Shown here: positions 21,200 to 30,897 of the stretch, in pieces
Position numbering within the stretch: position 1 is the stretch's first letter
Layout: each line of letters begins with the position of its first letter
Assembly (NCBI GenBank): GCA_020350285.1
Contig: CP070708.1
Coordinates: 970,369 to 1,034,368 of the forward strand
From: Anaerolineaceae bacterium
GTDB lineage: Bacteria > Chloroflexota > Anaerolineae > Anaerolineales > E44-bin32
Length of the DNA: 64,000 nucleotides
Direction: 5' to 3'
The notes under the pieces: model-generated
Databases searched by the model: none
The model's input: the letters and a program-made list of their open reading frames with translations, nothing else
Told to the model about the DNA's origin: nothing
Program-made: the position numbers and the translations under genes

Positions 21200-21228
21200 T
21201 TGATAAAAAGGCATCTTCGTGATAGACT
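21200..21228 (+). promoter_or_regulatory. sigma-70-type promoter of the rpsF-ssb-rpsR operon
   Basis: TTGATA-N17-TAGACT, about 95 nt upstream of the rpsF GTG. The leader contains the hairpin CACGCCT-CTGCT-AGGCGTG. Confidence 0.45.
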
Positions 21229-21324
21229 CACGTCCGTTGCCACGCCTCTGCTAGGCGTGTTTCCGCTCCCTAATTGTGCTGCTCAGCATTATATTGGGGG
21301 CAATCCCGAGGAAAGGAGATCCCC

Positions 21325-21615
21325 GTGCGCAACTATGAACTGGCATACATTGCCGATCCTGAACTAGAAGAAGAAGCTCTTGAAGAACTCGAAACTAGGG
21401 TCACAGGATGGATTGAATCCGCCGGAGGCAAACCGGTTGACTTCGACAGATGGGGTAAACGCCGCCTGGCATACCCAATCAATAAGAAGTCAGATGGGTA
21501 TTATGTCTTCATCTCGGTTGAGATGCCGGCAGGAGCAGGAACACTCATCGAACGCGATTTGCGTCTTAGTGAGCAGATTCTTCGATTCATGATCACATCA
21601 CAAGAACCTACTTGA
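21325..21615 (+). CDS. rpsF: 30S ribosomal protein S6
   Basis: GTG start after a GGAAAGGAG RBS. VRNYELAYIADPEL...RLAYPI...GYYVF. Confidence 0.9.
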   Translation: MRNYELAYIADPELEEEALEELETRVTGWIESAGGKPVDFDRWGKRRLAYPINKKSDGYYVFISVEMPAGAGTLIERDLRLSEQILRFMITSQEPT

Positions 21616-21659
21616 GTTTTTGCCAATTAGATGTTGGCGCTAGAAGAAAGGAGTCTTGT

Positions 21660-22052
21660 ATGAGCCGCGGCTTGAATAAGGTGATGATCATCGGCCATCT
21701 TGGTCGCGATCCTGAGATGCGTTATACACCATCAGGTCGACCGGTCACCACCTTCAGTGTAGCAACGTCTCGCTCGTGGCACTCCGCGGATGGGGAACGT
21801 CATGAAGAAACCGAATGGTTCAATGTCGTTGCCTGGGGGAGCTTAGCTGAGATTTGCAACCAATACTTACATAAAGGCCAACAGGTTTATATCGAAGGGC
21901 GCCTTCAAACCCGCCGTTGGGAGGACACTGAAGGCAACAAGCATTTCACCACAGAACTAGTAGCGAAGGAGATGATCATGCTTGGCGAGCGACGCGAAAT
22001 AAGCAGTACATACGTGTCCAAGCCAGGAGAGGAAGAAGAGTTACCCTTTTAA
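21660..22052 (+). CDS. ssb: single-stranded DNA-binding protein
   Basis: MSRGLNKVMIIGHLGRDPEMRYTPSG OB-fold N-terminus and an acidic tip EEEELPF. AAGGAG RBS. Confidence 0.9.
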   Translation: MSRGLNKVMIIGHLGRDPEMRYTPSGRPVTTFSVATSRSWHSADGERHEETEWFNVVAWGSLAEICNQYLHKGQQVYIEGRLQTRRWEDTEGNKHFTTELVAKEMIMLGERREISSTYVSKPGEEEELPF

Positions 22053-22119
22053 AGACCCTCTTTGAGGTAATACAAACTTATGCTGATCAACACCATTATT
22101 CGGTGAAGGAGTTGTTCCG

Positions 22120-22419
22120 TTGACTGAAAATAATAATGAAAAAAACAAAAAAGATGACGATCGCTCTAGGCGTAGACCTGGTCGTAGACGCTATACCAGG
22201 CGGCCACGCGTCTGCCAATTTTGTTCGGAGAAGACGACTGCGATCGATTACAAACAGCAGGACTTACTGAAACGCTATGTCACTGAGCAAGGGAAGATTC
22301 GAGCTCGACGGGAGACTGGTACCTGTGCAAAACATCAGCGCATGGTAGCGCGCGCTATTAAACGGGCTCGGCATATGGCTCTTCTTCCTTTTGCGGTGGA
22401 GCGGATTCGAAAATCCTAA
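22120..22419 (+). CDS. rpsR: 30S ribosomal protein S18 (with basic N-terminal extension)
   Basis: [63 protein letters not shown] start 8 nt after GAAGGAG. Confidence 0.9.
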   Translation: MTENNNEKNKKDDDRSRRRPGRRRYTRRPRVCQFCSEKTTAIDYKQQDLLKRYVTEQGKIRARRETGTCAKHQRMVARAIKRARHMALLPFAVERIRKS

Positions 22420-22497
22420 ACAAATTACATCAGCTTTCTAAGTCGATCCAGTTGGAACAACGTTTATGATCCCTTAATAATAGGATAGGCGAACAAA

Positions 22498-23613
22498 ATG
22501 GCACAGCGCAGGGGTAGAGGAAGGATTACCAGAAAACACAGAGCTCGTGCAGAGCGAGAAAGGATTATCAGAAGGTGGCTGCTTGTGGGATCCATTGGTA
22601 CGATCCTAATCGTCCTGGGGCTCATTGTTTATGGAATTGTGGAGGTTGAGGTCATCAAGCCTCGGCAGCCTGTAGCCGTGGTTGATGATCAGGAAATTTC
22701 CCGACGAGATCTTCATACACGCCTTCGCCTATCGCTTTCGCCTGGGATCGATCCGATCTCCGTAGGGTATCAAATCTTGAATGAGATGATCGATGATTTG
22801 ATCATCAAGCAGGAGGCAAATGGCTTGGGTATTTCCGTTTCGGAGGCGGATGTCGAGCAGGAGATGGAGCATAGATTTGGTTTCTACCCAGAAGGGACAC
22901 CGACACCCGTTCCGACGCGAACGCCAGATCCAACCGACCTTGCTGAACCTACCGCGACACCTACTACTGGACCTAGTCCGACAATAGGACCTTCGTCTAC
23001 GCCTCGTCCTTCAGCGACTCCATTTACGCGCGAGGCCTATGAAGAGAGGCGTGCTGAATTCTTTGATAGTCTTGCAGAGTTATATGATGCGACTGAGGAA
23101 GACTATGCCTCTTACATCGAGGCACAGATCTATCAGGAACGGATGCTCGAGACCTTTGAGGATGATGTAGAACGTGTCCAAGAGCAAGTCTGGTTGCAGC
23201 ACATTCGGGTGACAGATCGTGAGACTCTCGATGAGATCATCGACAGATTGGATGCCGGTGAGAATTGGGATGATTTAGCTGCGGAATTATCTGAAGATAC
23301 TGTTTCAAAGGATTCGGGTGGTGATTTAGGTTGGTTAACTTTGGATAATGTTACGGATCAGTTCGGGGAGGGGGCTGTAACTATCTTTCAAGCCCCAATT
23401 AACGAGTTTCTTGACCCTATTCAAACATCCATGGGGTGGCATCTGATCCAGGTGCTTGATCGTGGTGACCGATCTTTAGATGAACAAGCCTTTCAACAAG
23501 CCGTTCGGCAAGTATTTAATGACTGGCTGACCTCACAGCGTGATATCCATGATGTCCAAATCATGGATGATTGGCTAGAAGATTTACCTCAACCCCCTGC
23601 TGCTGGCTTATGA
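22498..23613 (+). CDS. membrane-anchored parvulin-type peptidyl-prolyl isomerase (PpiC/PrsA/SurA-like)
   Basis: N-terminal TM helix, a Pro/Thr-rich linker, and a parvulin core HIRV...DSGGDLGWLT...GWHLIQV. Confidence 0.8.
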   Translation: MAQRRGRGRITRKHRARAERERIIRRWLLVGSIGTILIVLGLIVYGIVEVEVIKPRQPVAVVDDQEISRRDLHTRLRLSLSPGIDPISVGYQILNEMIDDLIIKQEANGLGISVSEADVEQEMEHRFGFYPEGTPTPVPTRTPDPTDLAEPTATPTTGPSPTIGPSSTPRPSATPFTREAYEERRAEFFDSLAELYDATEEDYASYIEAQIYQERMLETFEDDVERVQEQVWLQHIRVTDRETLDEIIDRLDAGENWDDLAAELSEDTVSKDSGGDLGWLTLDNVTDQFGEGAVTIFQAPINEFLDPIQTSMGWHLIQVLDRGDRSLDEQAFQQAVRQVFNDWLTSQRDIHDVQIMDDWLEDLPQPPAAGL

Positions 23614-23674
23614 TGGTCTGAGGGTAAAACAGAGATCCATTTCTCCTTATCTACTTATTTGCTCATTCATCTAA

Positions 23675-23708
23675 GTAGGGGCAATTCGTGAATTGCCCCT
23701 ACTTTTAT
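23675..23708 (+). terminator. palindromic repeat (family B) acting as probable intrinsic terminator of the PPIase gene
   Basis: GTAGGGGCAATTC-GT-GAATTGCCCCTAC is followed by TTTTAT. The same arms recur at 37751-37823. Confidence 0.6.
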
Positions 23709-23786
23709 TGTGATCTGAGGTCTGTCAATTTAATCCTCAATTGCTCAAGGGTAGCAGTGTATTCCTCGGATCAACCTCCTGATGAT

Positions 23787-23814
23787 ATAGGGGCGGTTCA
23801 CGAAGCGCCCCTAT
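23787..23814. repeat. GC-rich palindromic repeat (family A-like, divergent centre)
   Basis: ATAGGGGCG-GTTCACGAAG-CGCCCCTAT. Confidence 0.65.
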
Positions 23815-23879
23815 TTGGTCTTGTTTCTAGCGGGAATTGAATTCGATCATCAGACGAGTACAATTACGCAAATGTCCTC

Positions 23880-23908
23880 TTGAAGACCAAGCTTGCAGGG
23901 GATATACT
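23880..23908 (+). promoter_or_regulatory. sigma-70-type promoter for relA/spoT
   Basis: TTGAAG-N17-TATACT, 17 nt upstream of ATG 23926. Confidence 0.4.
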
Positions 23909-23925
23909 GAGCGCAGGTTTTGGCT

Positions 23926-26088
23926 ATGAAATTAGAAGGGCTGATCGAAATACTGCCGGAAGACACCAGCCATGCGGACCTGGAGTCGCTGAAACGCGCA
24001 TTTAAAGTAGCTCAGCGAGCTCATAAAGGTCAAAAACGCGCTTCCGGCGAGCCATACATCCAGCACTGCCTAGCTGTGGCAAAAATCCTTGCGGAGCTTG
24101 AGGCACCTATACCAGCGATTATTGCTGGTTTGCTTCATGATACGGTGGAGGACTCAAATCTAACCGTGTTGGACCTGGAAAGGGATTTCGGAGGGGAAGT
24201 TTCTTCTCTGGTGGATGGTGTTACGAAGTTGACCCAATTACCACGCGTCAGCCGAAGACAAAAAGGGGAGAAGGATGCGCGGACGATTAAGGGGGAATTG
24301 GCGAAAGAGACACTTCGAAAGACCTTCCTTGCGATGGGTGATGATGTGCGTGTCGTCGTGATCAAACTTGCTGACCGTTTGCACAACATGCGAACCCTCG
24401 TCCATTTACCTCCCGAGAAACGCCAACGTATCGCTGAAGAAACGCTTGAAATCTTCGCTCCCTTGGCCAACCGATTAGGGATTTGGCAGATGAAGTGGGA
24501 GTTGGAGGATCTCGCTTTCCGGTTTGTTTATCCAGATGACTATAAAGAAATTGCTACCCATGTCGCGAAAAGACGAGTTGATCGTGAAAAGGCGTTGGAA
24601 GAAATCAGTCTCAGATTGAAGTTGGCACTAGCAAAGGCTGGTATCGATGCAGAGGTCACAGGTCGACCCAAACACCTGTACTCGATTTACCGAAAGATGA
24701 AACGCAAAGATGTACCTTTTGATATGGTATATGACGTGCGCGGGGTGAGGATTATTGTAGAGCGAGAAGGGCAATGTTACCTCGCGTTGGGTGTGATTCA
24801 TAATGACTGGAAACCCATCCCCGGCACTTTCGATGACTATATTGCCACACCAAAGGACAACTTCTATCAGTCTCTCCACACTGCCGTGGTCTATGATGAT
24901 GGAGGGACGTTGGAGGTACAGATCCGCACACCAGAAATGCATCGGAACGCGGATTATGGTATCGCTGCTCATTGGCACTACAAAGAAGGTCGCATATCCG
25001 ATGATGCGTTTGAGCAACGCATCATGTGGTTAAGACGATTGATGGAGTGGCGGCAAGATGTCGATGACGCAGCAGATTTCGTAGATGCGATGAAGTCTGA
25101 TGTCTTTGATGATCGCGTATACGTTTTCACCCCAAAGGGTGACATTATTGATCTTCCCGCCGGTTCGACCCCGATCGACTTCGCTTACCATATCCACACG
25201 GATATTGGACATCGCTGTCGTGGTGCAAAAGTCAATGGAAAATTAATCTCCCTAAGCCAAAAGCTGCTAACTGGTGACTCGGTAGAGATCCTGACCACAA
25301 AACGTGGTGGACCAAGCAGGGATTGGCTTAACCCCAGCTTGGAATTGGTTAAAAGTCAGAGGGCGCGCAGCAAAATACGTCAGTGGTTTAGGCGACGCAA
25401 TCGCGAGCTGAATGTATCCCATGGGCGTCTGTTGCTAGAACGTGAACTTCGACGCCTTGGTATCGAGGGATATTCATACGAGAAAATCAGTAATGAACTT
25501 GGCTATACCCAAACCGATGATCTGTTGGCGGCCATCGGTTGCGGGGATGTGCACCTCAGCAAGATCGTCACCCAAATCCTTGAGAAGGATGAGGTAGGGC
25601 TTGATTTAATCGAAGAGGTTGAGGCGATTCCGGTCGCCGAATTAAAAGCGGATGAGATCAGCATCTTAGGTGTCTCAGGGTTGCTTGTTCATCTTGGTCG
25701 ATGTTGTAATCCAGCTCCAGGTGATCCTATCGTTGGCTATATCACAAGGGGGCGAGGTGCGACGATCCATCGTCAGGATTGTCCAAATGTGTTGAGGATC
25801 AAAGATAGAGAGCGATTAGTGCAGGTATCATGGGGACGGCCACAACAAACCTATCCGGTTTCCGTTCGCATCCAGGCTTATGATCGGGATGGTCTTATGC
25901 GCGATGTATCCACATTGGTATCCAACGAAGGTATCAACATGTCATCCATCCAGCTTTCCACGAAAAATAGCTTGGCGATCTTCGATCTAGTCATGCTCAT
26001 CACTGATGTGGCGCAATTAAGCCGGGTACTCAATCGTTTGGAAGCACTCCCCAATGTTTTAGAAGCACGTCGCCTTCGCCCCGGATAG
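23926..26088 (+). CDS. relA: bifunctional (p)ppGpp synthetase/hydrolase RelA/SpoT (Rel)
   Basis: HD hydrolase motifs (HDTVED, HNMRT), synthetase block (YRKM..., RGVRIIV, FDDYIATPKDNFYQSLHT), TGS (VYVFTPKGDIIDLPAGSTPIDFAY) and a C-terminal ACT-like domain. An alternative TTG start is at 23920. Confidence 0.95.
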   Translation: MKLEGLIEILPEDTSHADLESLKRAFKVAQRAHKGQKRASGEPYIQHCLAVAKILAELEAPIPAIIAGLLHDTVEDSNLTVLDLERDFGGEVSSLVDGVTKLTQLPRVSRRQKGEKDARTIKGELAKETLRKTFLAMGDDVRVVVIKLADRLHNMRTLVHLPPEKRQRIAEETLEIFAPLANRLGIWQMKWELEDLAFRFVYPDDYKEIATHVAKRRVDREKALEEISLRLKLALAKAGIDAEVTGRPKHLYSIYRKMKRKDVPFDMVYDVRGVRIIVEREGQCYLALGVIHNDWKPIPGTFDDYIATPKDNFYQSLHTAVVYDDGGTLEVQIRTPEMHRNADYGIAAHWHYKEGRISDDAFEQRIMWLRRLMEWRQDVDDAADFVDAMKSDVFDDRVYVFTPKGDIIDLPAGSTPIDFAYHIHTDIGHRCRGAKVNGKLISLSQKLLTGDSVEILTTKRGGPSRDWLNPSLELVKSQRARSKIRQWFRRRNRELNVSHGRLLLERELRRLGIEGYSYEKISNELGYTQTDDLLAAIGCGDVHLSKIVTQILEKDEVGLDLIEEVEAIPVAELKADEISILGVSGLLVHLGRCCNPAPGDPIVGYITRGRGATIHRQDCPNVLRIKDRERLVQVSWGRPQQTYPVSVRIQAYDRDGLMRDVSTLVSNEGINMSSIQLSTKNSLAIFDLVMLITDVAQLSRVLNRLEALPNVLEARRLRPG

Positions 26089-26306
26089 CCCACCTTGCTC
26101 ATCAACCACGTTCTTTATGGATCTTTACACAGTTGAATTGGGGTTGCAGTGGGATAAAAATTATTGTATTTTGATTTTGGTTTTATTATCCGTGTTGTGT
26201 AGGAGACTCCTTGTTTAATCGCGGTGAAAAAAGAAATCTTCATCGTGTGAAATCGATGAGCGTCGCAGAAGCAGGACCATAAGAGGTAAATCGGAGGGCA
26301 GTGACC

Positions 26307-26504
26307 ATGCCAAAGATACAATGTAGATTTGTAGATTGTGTATTCCTTGAAGAGGGCTTCTGTGGTGCAGAAATCGTGGAGATTGATCCCGATGAGAGTT
26401 GTTTAACCTATACCAGCATCGATGATATTGGGATGGTTGATGATGATGACTGGGAGGATGAGGAACTGGAAGAAATGTGGGAGGAAGATGACGAAGATTT
26501 ATAG
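26307..26504 (+). CDS. small Cys-containing protein with hyper-acidic tail (possible DUF1540-like)
   Basis: GGAGGG RBS about 9 nt before the ATG. Pattern C-x4-C-x7-C-x-A-x-I-V-x-I...C, followed by DDDDWEDEELEEMWEEDDEDL. Confidence 0.5.
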   Translation: MPKIQCRFVDCVFLEEGFCGAEIVEIDPDESCLTYTSIDDIGMVDDDDWEDEELEEMWEEDDEDL

Positions 26505-26748
26505 TTGCCCCGAGGATGTCCTGGAACGACAAAGCAATGATTCACTTATTCGGTCCGATAATGGGAAATAAAGATCAGCTGCTTGAATAAGGATAGCATC
26601 GAACACCAAAAACGGATTGTTGAAAAGAGATTATAAAGATCGAATGCAGAGGATGGCACAAGCAGCGCAATATGCGCTTCTTTTGATTCTAGGGTGTTTG
26701 AAGTTTCTCAAGGATCGATATTGGTGAAGATTTATGTATATGAATATC

Positions 26749-27471
26749 TTAGGATGTTCGTACGCGGTGTTTTAGGGTGCGATCGAGAATCTCATCGAGT
26801 TCTTTCCGATCGGTCTCTTGGGAAGAATCGGTGGATGTTTCGGGCACAGTCTCCGTTTCATCTGTGCCATTTAACGCCTGGCGTAAGGCTACTTCCATCG
26901 CAGTTGGTGTCTCCTCTTCGACCTCCTCATCAGGTTCGATCTCAAGCAACAGTTCCTTCATACTCAAGCGAATTTGACGCTTCTTTCGATCGAAGTCAAT
27001 AACACTAACATCAACCTCATCTCCAACACTGACAATATCTCTAGGATCAGATACGTAATCAGTGCTTATCTCACTAACGTGAACCAACCCTGGTCGTTCT
27101 GCGCCCACATCGATAAAAGCGCCGTAACTTTCAACACGGACAACATTCCCTTTGAGTCTCATACCTGTTTTTATATTCTTCCACTTGAGTTGAATAGGAC
27201 GTATCATGGTTAATTCAATCCGACCGGCTTCATGATCCACCCGATGAACCCAAACCTCTACTTCTTGCCCTTCTTGCAAAACATCTTCTACTCGATTGAT
27301 GTGTTCCCGGCTTAACATCGAGATGTGGATCAAGCCTTCCTTCTCGGCACCAATATCAACAAACGCGCCGAAAAGTCCGAGTTTTGTGACTCGTCCCTTC
27401 AGTTCCATTGCAGGTTTTATTTCTGCTAACGTAAGTACCTTGTCAGAGTGTTCCTCAGCCGACACCTTCAC
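26749..27471 (-). CDS. S1 RNA-binding domain protein (two S1 repeats, acidic C-terminus)
   Basis: Two copies of the S1 signature (G.V..l..fGAFVDIG...GLiHiS...). GTG start after GAAAGGTG. Confidence 0.85.
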   Translation of the reverse strand: MKVSAEEHSDKVLTLAEIKPAMELKGRVTKLGLFGAFVDIGAEKEGLIHISMLSREHINRVEDVLQEGQEVEVWVHRVDHEAGRIELTMIRPIQLKWKNIKTGMRLKGNVVRVESYGAFIDVGAERPGLVHVSEISTDYVSDPRDIVSVGDEVDVSVIDFDRKKRQIRLSMKELLLEIEPDEEVEEETPTAMEVALRQALNGTDETETVPETSTDSSQETDRKELDEILDRTLKHRVRTS

Positions 27472-27517
27472 ACCTTTCTGAAAGATAAACCAATTTATTG
27501 GGGGATTGAACCTGGAG

Positions 27518-27526
27518 ATTATACCA
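27518..27526 (-). promoter_or_regulatory. extended -10 promoter element (TGGTATAAT) for the S1-domain gene
   Basis: The minus strand reads TGGTATAAT, about 45 nt upstream of the start at 27471. Confidence 0.4.
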
Positions 27527-27597
27527 TGTTCTTTTGGACGAAGATGAAGGCACTAGTCAACATATCGATTTCATCTATCGATTTTGATTGAGAATAA

Positions 27598-29289
27598 TTA
27601 ATCTGACCCTTGAGATGAATAACTGCGACGGGTGAGGAGATACCAATCGACGATACCCTTAAACCGGTCACTGGGATCGTACAAGGGACCTACAGTGACA
27701 CCCTGAACTTGTGCATCGATCGCGTAGCTGTATACGTTGTAATAGAGCAGGAGAGCGGGGAGGAGATCTTGAAAACGGTGCTGGAAGTTGCGGTATAACT
27801 CCGCACGTCGTCCCAAGTCTGGGTTGACTCGGGCTTGCTCAAGCCAAATGCTAATGTTACGATCTGTAAATCCCCCAAAGTTTTGCCCCGTTTCTGTCTG
27901 AGAATCATGCCAAAATGGGTAAGGGTCAGGATCCGGCGAGCGTGAGAGGTCGATTTCGGTTAATACGGCCTCAAATTCGCGCGGCTCCAGATGATTCTCT
28001 AGTAGGCGATCGCTTTCAACTTCTTGTAATTCAACTTGTAAACCGATCGATTCCCAACTGGATTTCAGCATTTCTGCCACGATCCTATGTGTTGGATTAT
28101 CGGAGTAGATGAGCTCCAGTGATAAGAGCTGATCGTCTTTTGTCCGCCGGTATTCGGCGGTCCCAGGAGAAGCTCCTATCGGAAGCTCCCACCCAAGTTC
28201 GTCAAGTAGACCTGCAGCACGATTCGGATCAAAGGGCAGACTTTCCAAGCTGTCTGAGTGAGCCCACGTAGCAGGCATGATCGGTCCAATTGGTATCAGC
28301 CCCTGGCCTTGTAGTGCATGATTGATAATCCATTGACGATTTACCGATAACAACAATGCTTGTCGGAACTTCTTATCGGCGAGGTAGGTTTTTTCATCAT
28401 GCTTGGTATTTAAGAAGATCAAGCTTATTCGAGGTAGCCTGCTCGTGTGCATATTCAGCTGGGGAGAATCGAGGACGTCTTTGATGATCTCTGGATCAAC
28501 CTCCCCGATCCCTTGGATTTCCCCTGCGATGTAGGCGTCCAAAGCATCCATGGAATTCTCGTAGAACCTGAATTCCACCCTTTCGAGGTAGGGGGCTTGA
28601 GCATAATAACCTTGAAAAGAAAGAAGGCTTACACTAACTATCTCTCCATCTTCAACCAAGAATCGATCAAAGGAGAAAGGACCTGACCCGATCGGATGAA
28701 GGTTAAAGGGGTGATCGATTAACTCCCCAGCGGAGACGCCTCGTAAGAGATGATCAGGGAGAAGACCAACAGAGAGGTAATCTAGAAATGGTGCAAATGG
28801 TTCAGGAAGTTGGAATTGGACTCTTCGCTCATCCAAGCGGATGATATTAACTTGTTGCCACATGGATTGGAGATCAGTTGGCCCCGGATAGTCTTCATCT
28901 TGCATCTTTGAGAAGGTGTAGATCACATCGTCGGAGGTAACCGGTTCGTTATCGTGCCAGCGTGCATCATCTCGGAGCGTAAATGTATAAAGCGTTGCAT
29001 CAGCGGAGACAGCCCATTCGGAAGCTAAATCGGGTATAGGTTCACCGCGCGAATTGAATCTGATAAGACTGCTGTAGATGAGGCGATCGATGTCACGATC
29101 TACCTGGTTGAACATATCGAGGATTGGATTTAGTCGTGCCAGTTTTCCTACCAAGGCTTCGATATGAACCCCACCTGGCACAGGTTGAGGGGCAACGACG
29201 TCTGTATCCGGCGTCTGACCAATGAGCAAGCCAATAACGAGGATCAGACCACCCACCGCGATTAACAATTGCCAGCGCAAGTTACGCAT
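27598..29289 (-). CDS. ABC transporter substrate-binding protein, family 5 (peptide/nickel, OppA/DppA-like), orphan
   Basis: 563 aa with an N-terminal anchor helix. Family-5 blocks seen by eye (LIRFNSRGEPIPDLASEW..., TFTLRDDARWHD...). No permease genes are adjacent. Confidence 0.8.
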   Translation of the reverse strand: MRNLRWQLLIAVGGLILVIGLLIGQTPDTDVVAPQPVPGGVHIEALVGKLARLNPILDMFNQVDRDIDRLIYSSLIRFNSRGEPIPDLASEWAVSADATLYTFTLRDDARWHDNEPVTSDDVIYTFSKMQDEDYPGPTDLQSMWQQVNIIRLDERRVQFQLPEPFAPFLDYLSVGLLPDHLLRGVSAGELIDHPFNLHPIGSGPFSFDRFLVEDGEIVSVSLLSFQGYYAQAPYLERVEFRFYENSMDALDAYIAGEIQGIGEVDPEIIKDVLDSPQLNMHTSRLPRISLIFLNTKHDEKTYLADKKFRQALLLSVNRQWIINHALQGQGLIPIGPIMPATWAHSDSLESLPFDPNRAAGLLDELGWELPIGASPGTAEYRRTKDDQLLSLELIYSDNPTHRIVAEMLKSSWESIGLQVELQEVESDRLLENHLEPREFEAVLTEIDLSRSPDPDPYPFWHDSQTETGQNFGGFTDRNISIWLEQARVNPDLGRRAELYRNFQHRFQDLLPALLLYYNVYSYAIDAQVQGVTVGPLYDPSDRFKGIVDWYLLTRRSYSSQGSD

Positions 29290-29321
29290 CGAAGTTTAGT
29301 TAGGAGATTGACGTTCTGGAG

Positions 29322-29552
29322 TTAGCCGACGATAACGACATTGAGCAGAGCGAGAAGGAAGAAGATAACGCTTAAGACAATGGTGATGTTGAAAAACAAG
29401 CGTTCGATCCCACGGCGGACGTGAAAGCCGGAGCCACCCATGTCGCCCCCACCGCCAAGACCTCCAAGGCCCGCACCTCTACTTTGAAGCAGGATAATTG
29501 CGATTAATGCGATCGATGTAATAACCAATGCAAGGTTGAGATAAGTTGACAC
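29322..29552 (-). CDS. secG: preprotein translocase subunit SecG
   Basis: 76 aa with two TM helices flanking a Gly-rich loop (LLQSRGAGLGGLGGGG). GTG start after GAGGAGG. Confidence 0.85.
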   Translation of the reverse strand: MSTYLNLALVITSIALIAIILLQSRGAGLGGLGGGGDMGGSGFHVRRGIERLFFNITIVLSVIFFLLALLNVVIVG

Positions 29553-29620
29553 GTAGGATTCCTCCTCACGATAAGTGAGCGGCCGGATTATAGCAGATGG
29601 AAATTAGCGCGACAAGGTTT

Positions 29621-30713
29621 CTAATCCGCTTGCCCAATAGATTCTCGCAGATACGCCTCGATGAATGCATCGATATCTCCATCGAGGACATTATTCGTGT
29701 TACCTGTTTCGTAGTTTGTCCGATGATCTTTCACCATTTGGTATGGATGGAGCACGTAAGAACGAATCTGGCTTCCCCATTCAGCTGCGATGTGATCGCC
29801 TTTGATCTGCTCGAGTTCCTCTACCTGTTGCTGTTGTTTGAGATCAAGTAAGCGTGCTCGTAAAACACGCATTGCGTTAGCCTTGTTTTGGGTTTGTGAG
29901 CGTTCATTTTGGCATGTGACGACGAGTCCTGTGGGAAGATGAGTTATCCTTACTGCGGTTTCATTCTTCTGCACATGTTGCCCTCCGGCACCGGCGGAAC
30001 GATAGGTATCGATGCGTAAGTCGTTTGGATTGATGTCAACTTCGTCTTCGGTTTCAACCTGAGGGAGGACCTCCACGAGGGCGAAGGATGTGTGCCGACG
30101 GTGTGCAGCATCGAAGGGTGAAAGACGAACTAAGCGGTGAACACCCTTCTCGGCTCGCAAGTAGCCATAAGCGTACTCACCGTCCACGGAGATCGTTGTG
30201 CTTTTTATCCCTGCTTCCTCACCCTCGCTTGTGTCGAGAACAGAGGCTTCGAATCCTCGCTGTTCTGACCAGCGGAGGTACATTCTCTGAAGCATCGCGG
30301 CCCAATCTTGCGAATCGGTACCACCAGCGCCTGCGTGGATGGCGAGAATGGCGTCATCACGATCATACGGACCTGATAGTAATGCTTTGGTCTCCCGTTG
30401 GCTGATATCACTTTCAACAGCACTCAGCTCATGTTCGATGTCTGCACGCAAGTCCTCGTCATTCAAGGAAGCAAGTTCGATGGCATCCTCAACTCGACGA
30501 ACTAAAGCACGCCAGCCTTCAACCTCATTCCGCACGCGCGCCAGTTGACGCATGGTTTTCTGAGCTTTTTCTTGATCGTCCCATAGAGTGGGATCTTCGG
30601 AGATACGTTCTAAGTCGGTTAGGAGGGTTTCAAGCTTTGGGAAGTCAAAGACGCACCAAGAGATCTTGGAGTCGTGCTTGTGCGTTTTGTAATGCTTCTT
30701 TCAAATCATCCAT
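29621..30713 (-). CDS. prfB: peptide chain release factor 2, with programmed +1 frameshift (join 30713..30648 and 30646..29621 on the minus strand)
   Basis: ORF0 is ATG(30713) MDDLKEALQNAQARLQDLLVRL, ending CTT TGA C (CTT 30650-30648, TGA 30647-30645). The +1 frame continues DFPKLETLLTDLERISEDPTLWDDQEKAQKTMRQLA... into the 310-aa ORF, which carries SPF and GGQ. Confidence 0.9.
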
Positions 30714-30897
30714 ATTGGCTCATCCTGTATAGAATTTTACCTTAGGAAAGGAAGTTATAGTAACCACTTATTAGGTCAACTGCGTGAGATGGACTGGTAG
30801 ATCTGTAGGTAAGAACACATCCAAAACCTAATAAATACCCTGTTCTACACTTGGTAGGTGCTTGCTCGTCTGGAAAACGAATAAATTGGTGTGAAAA

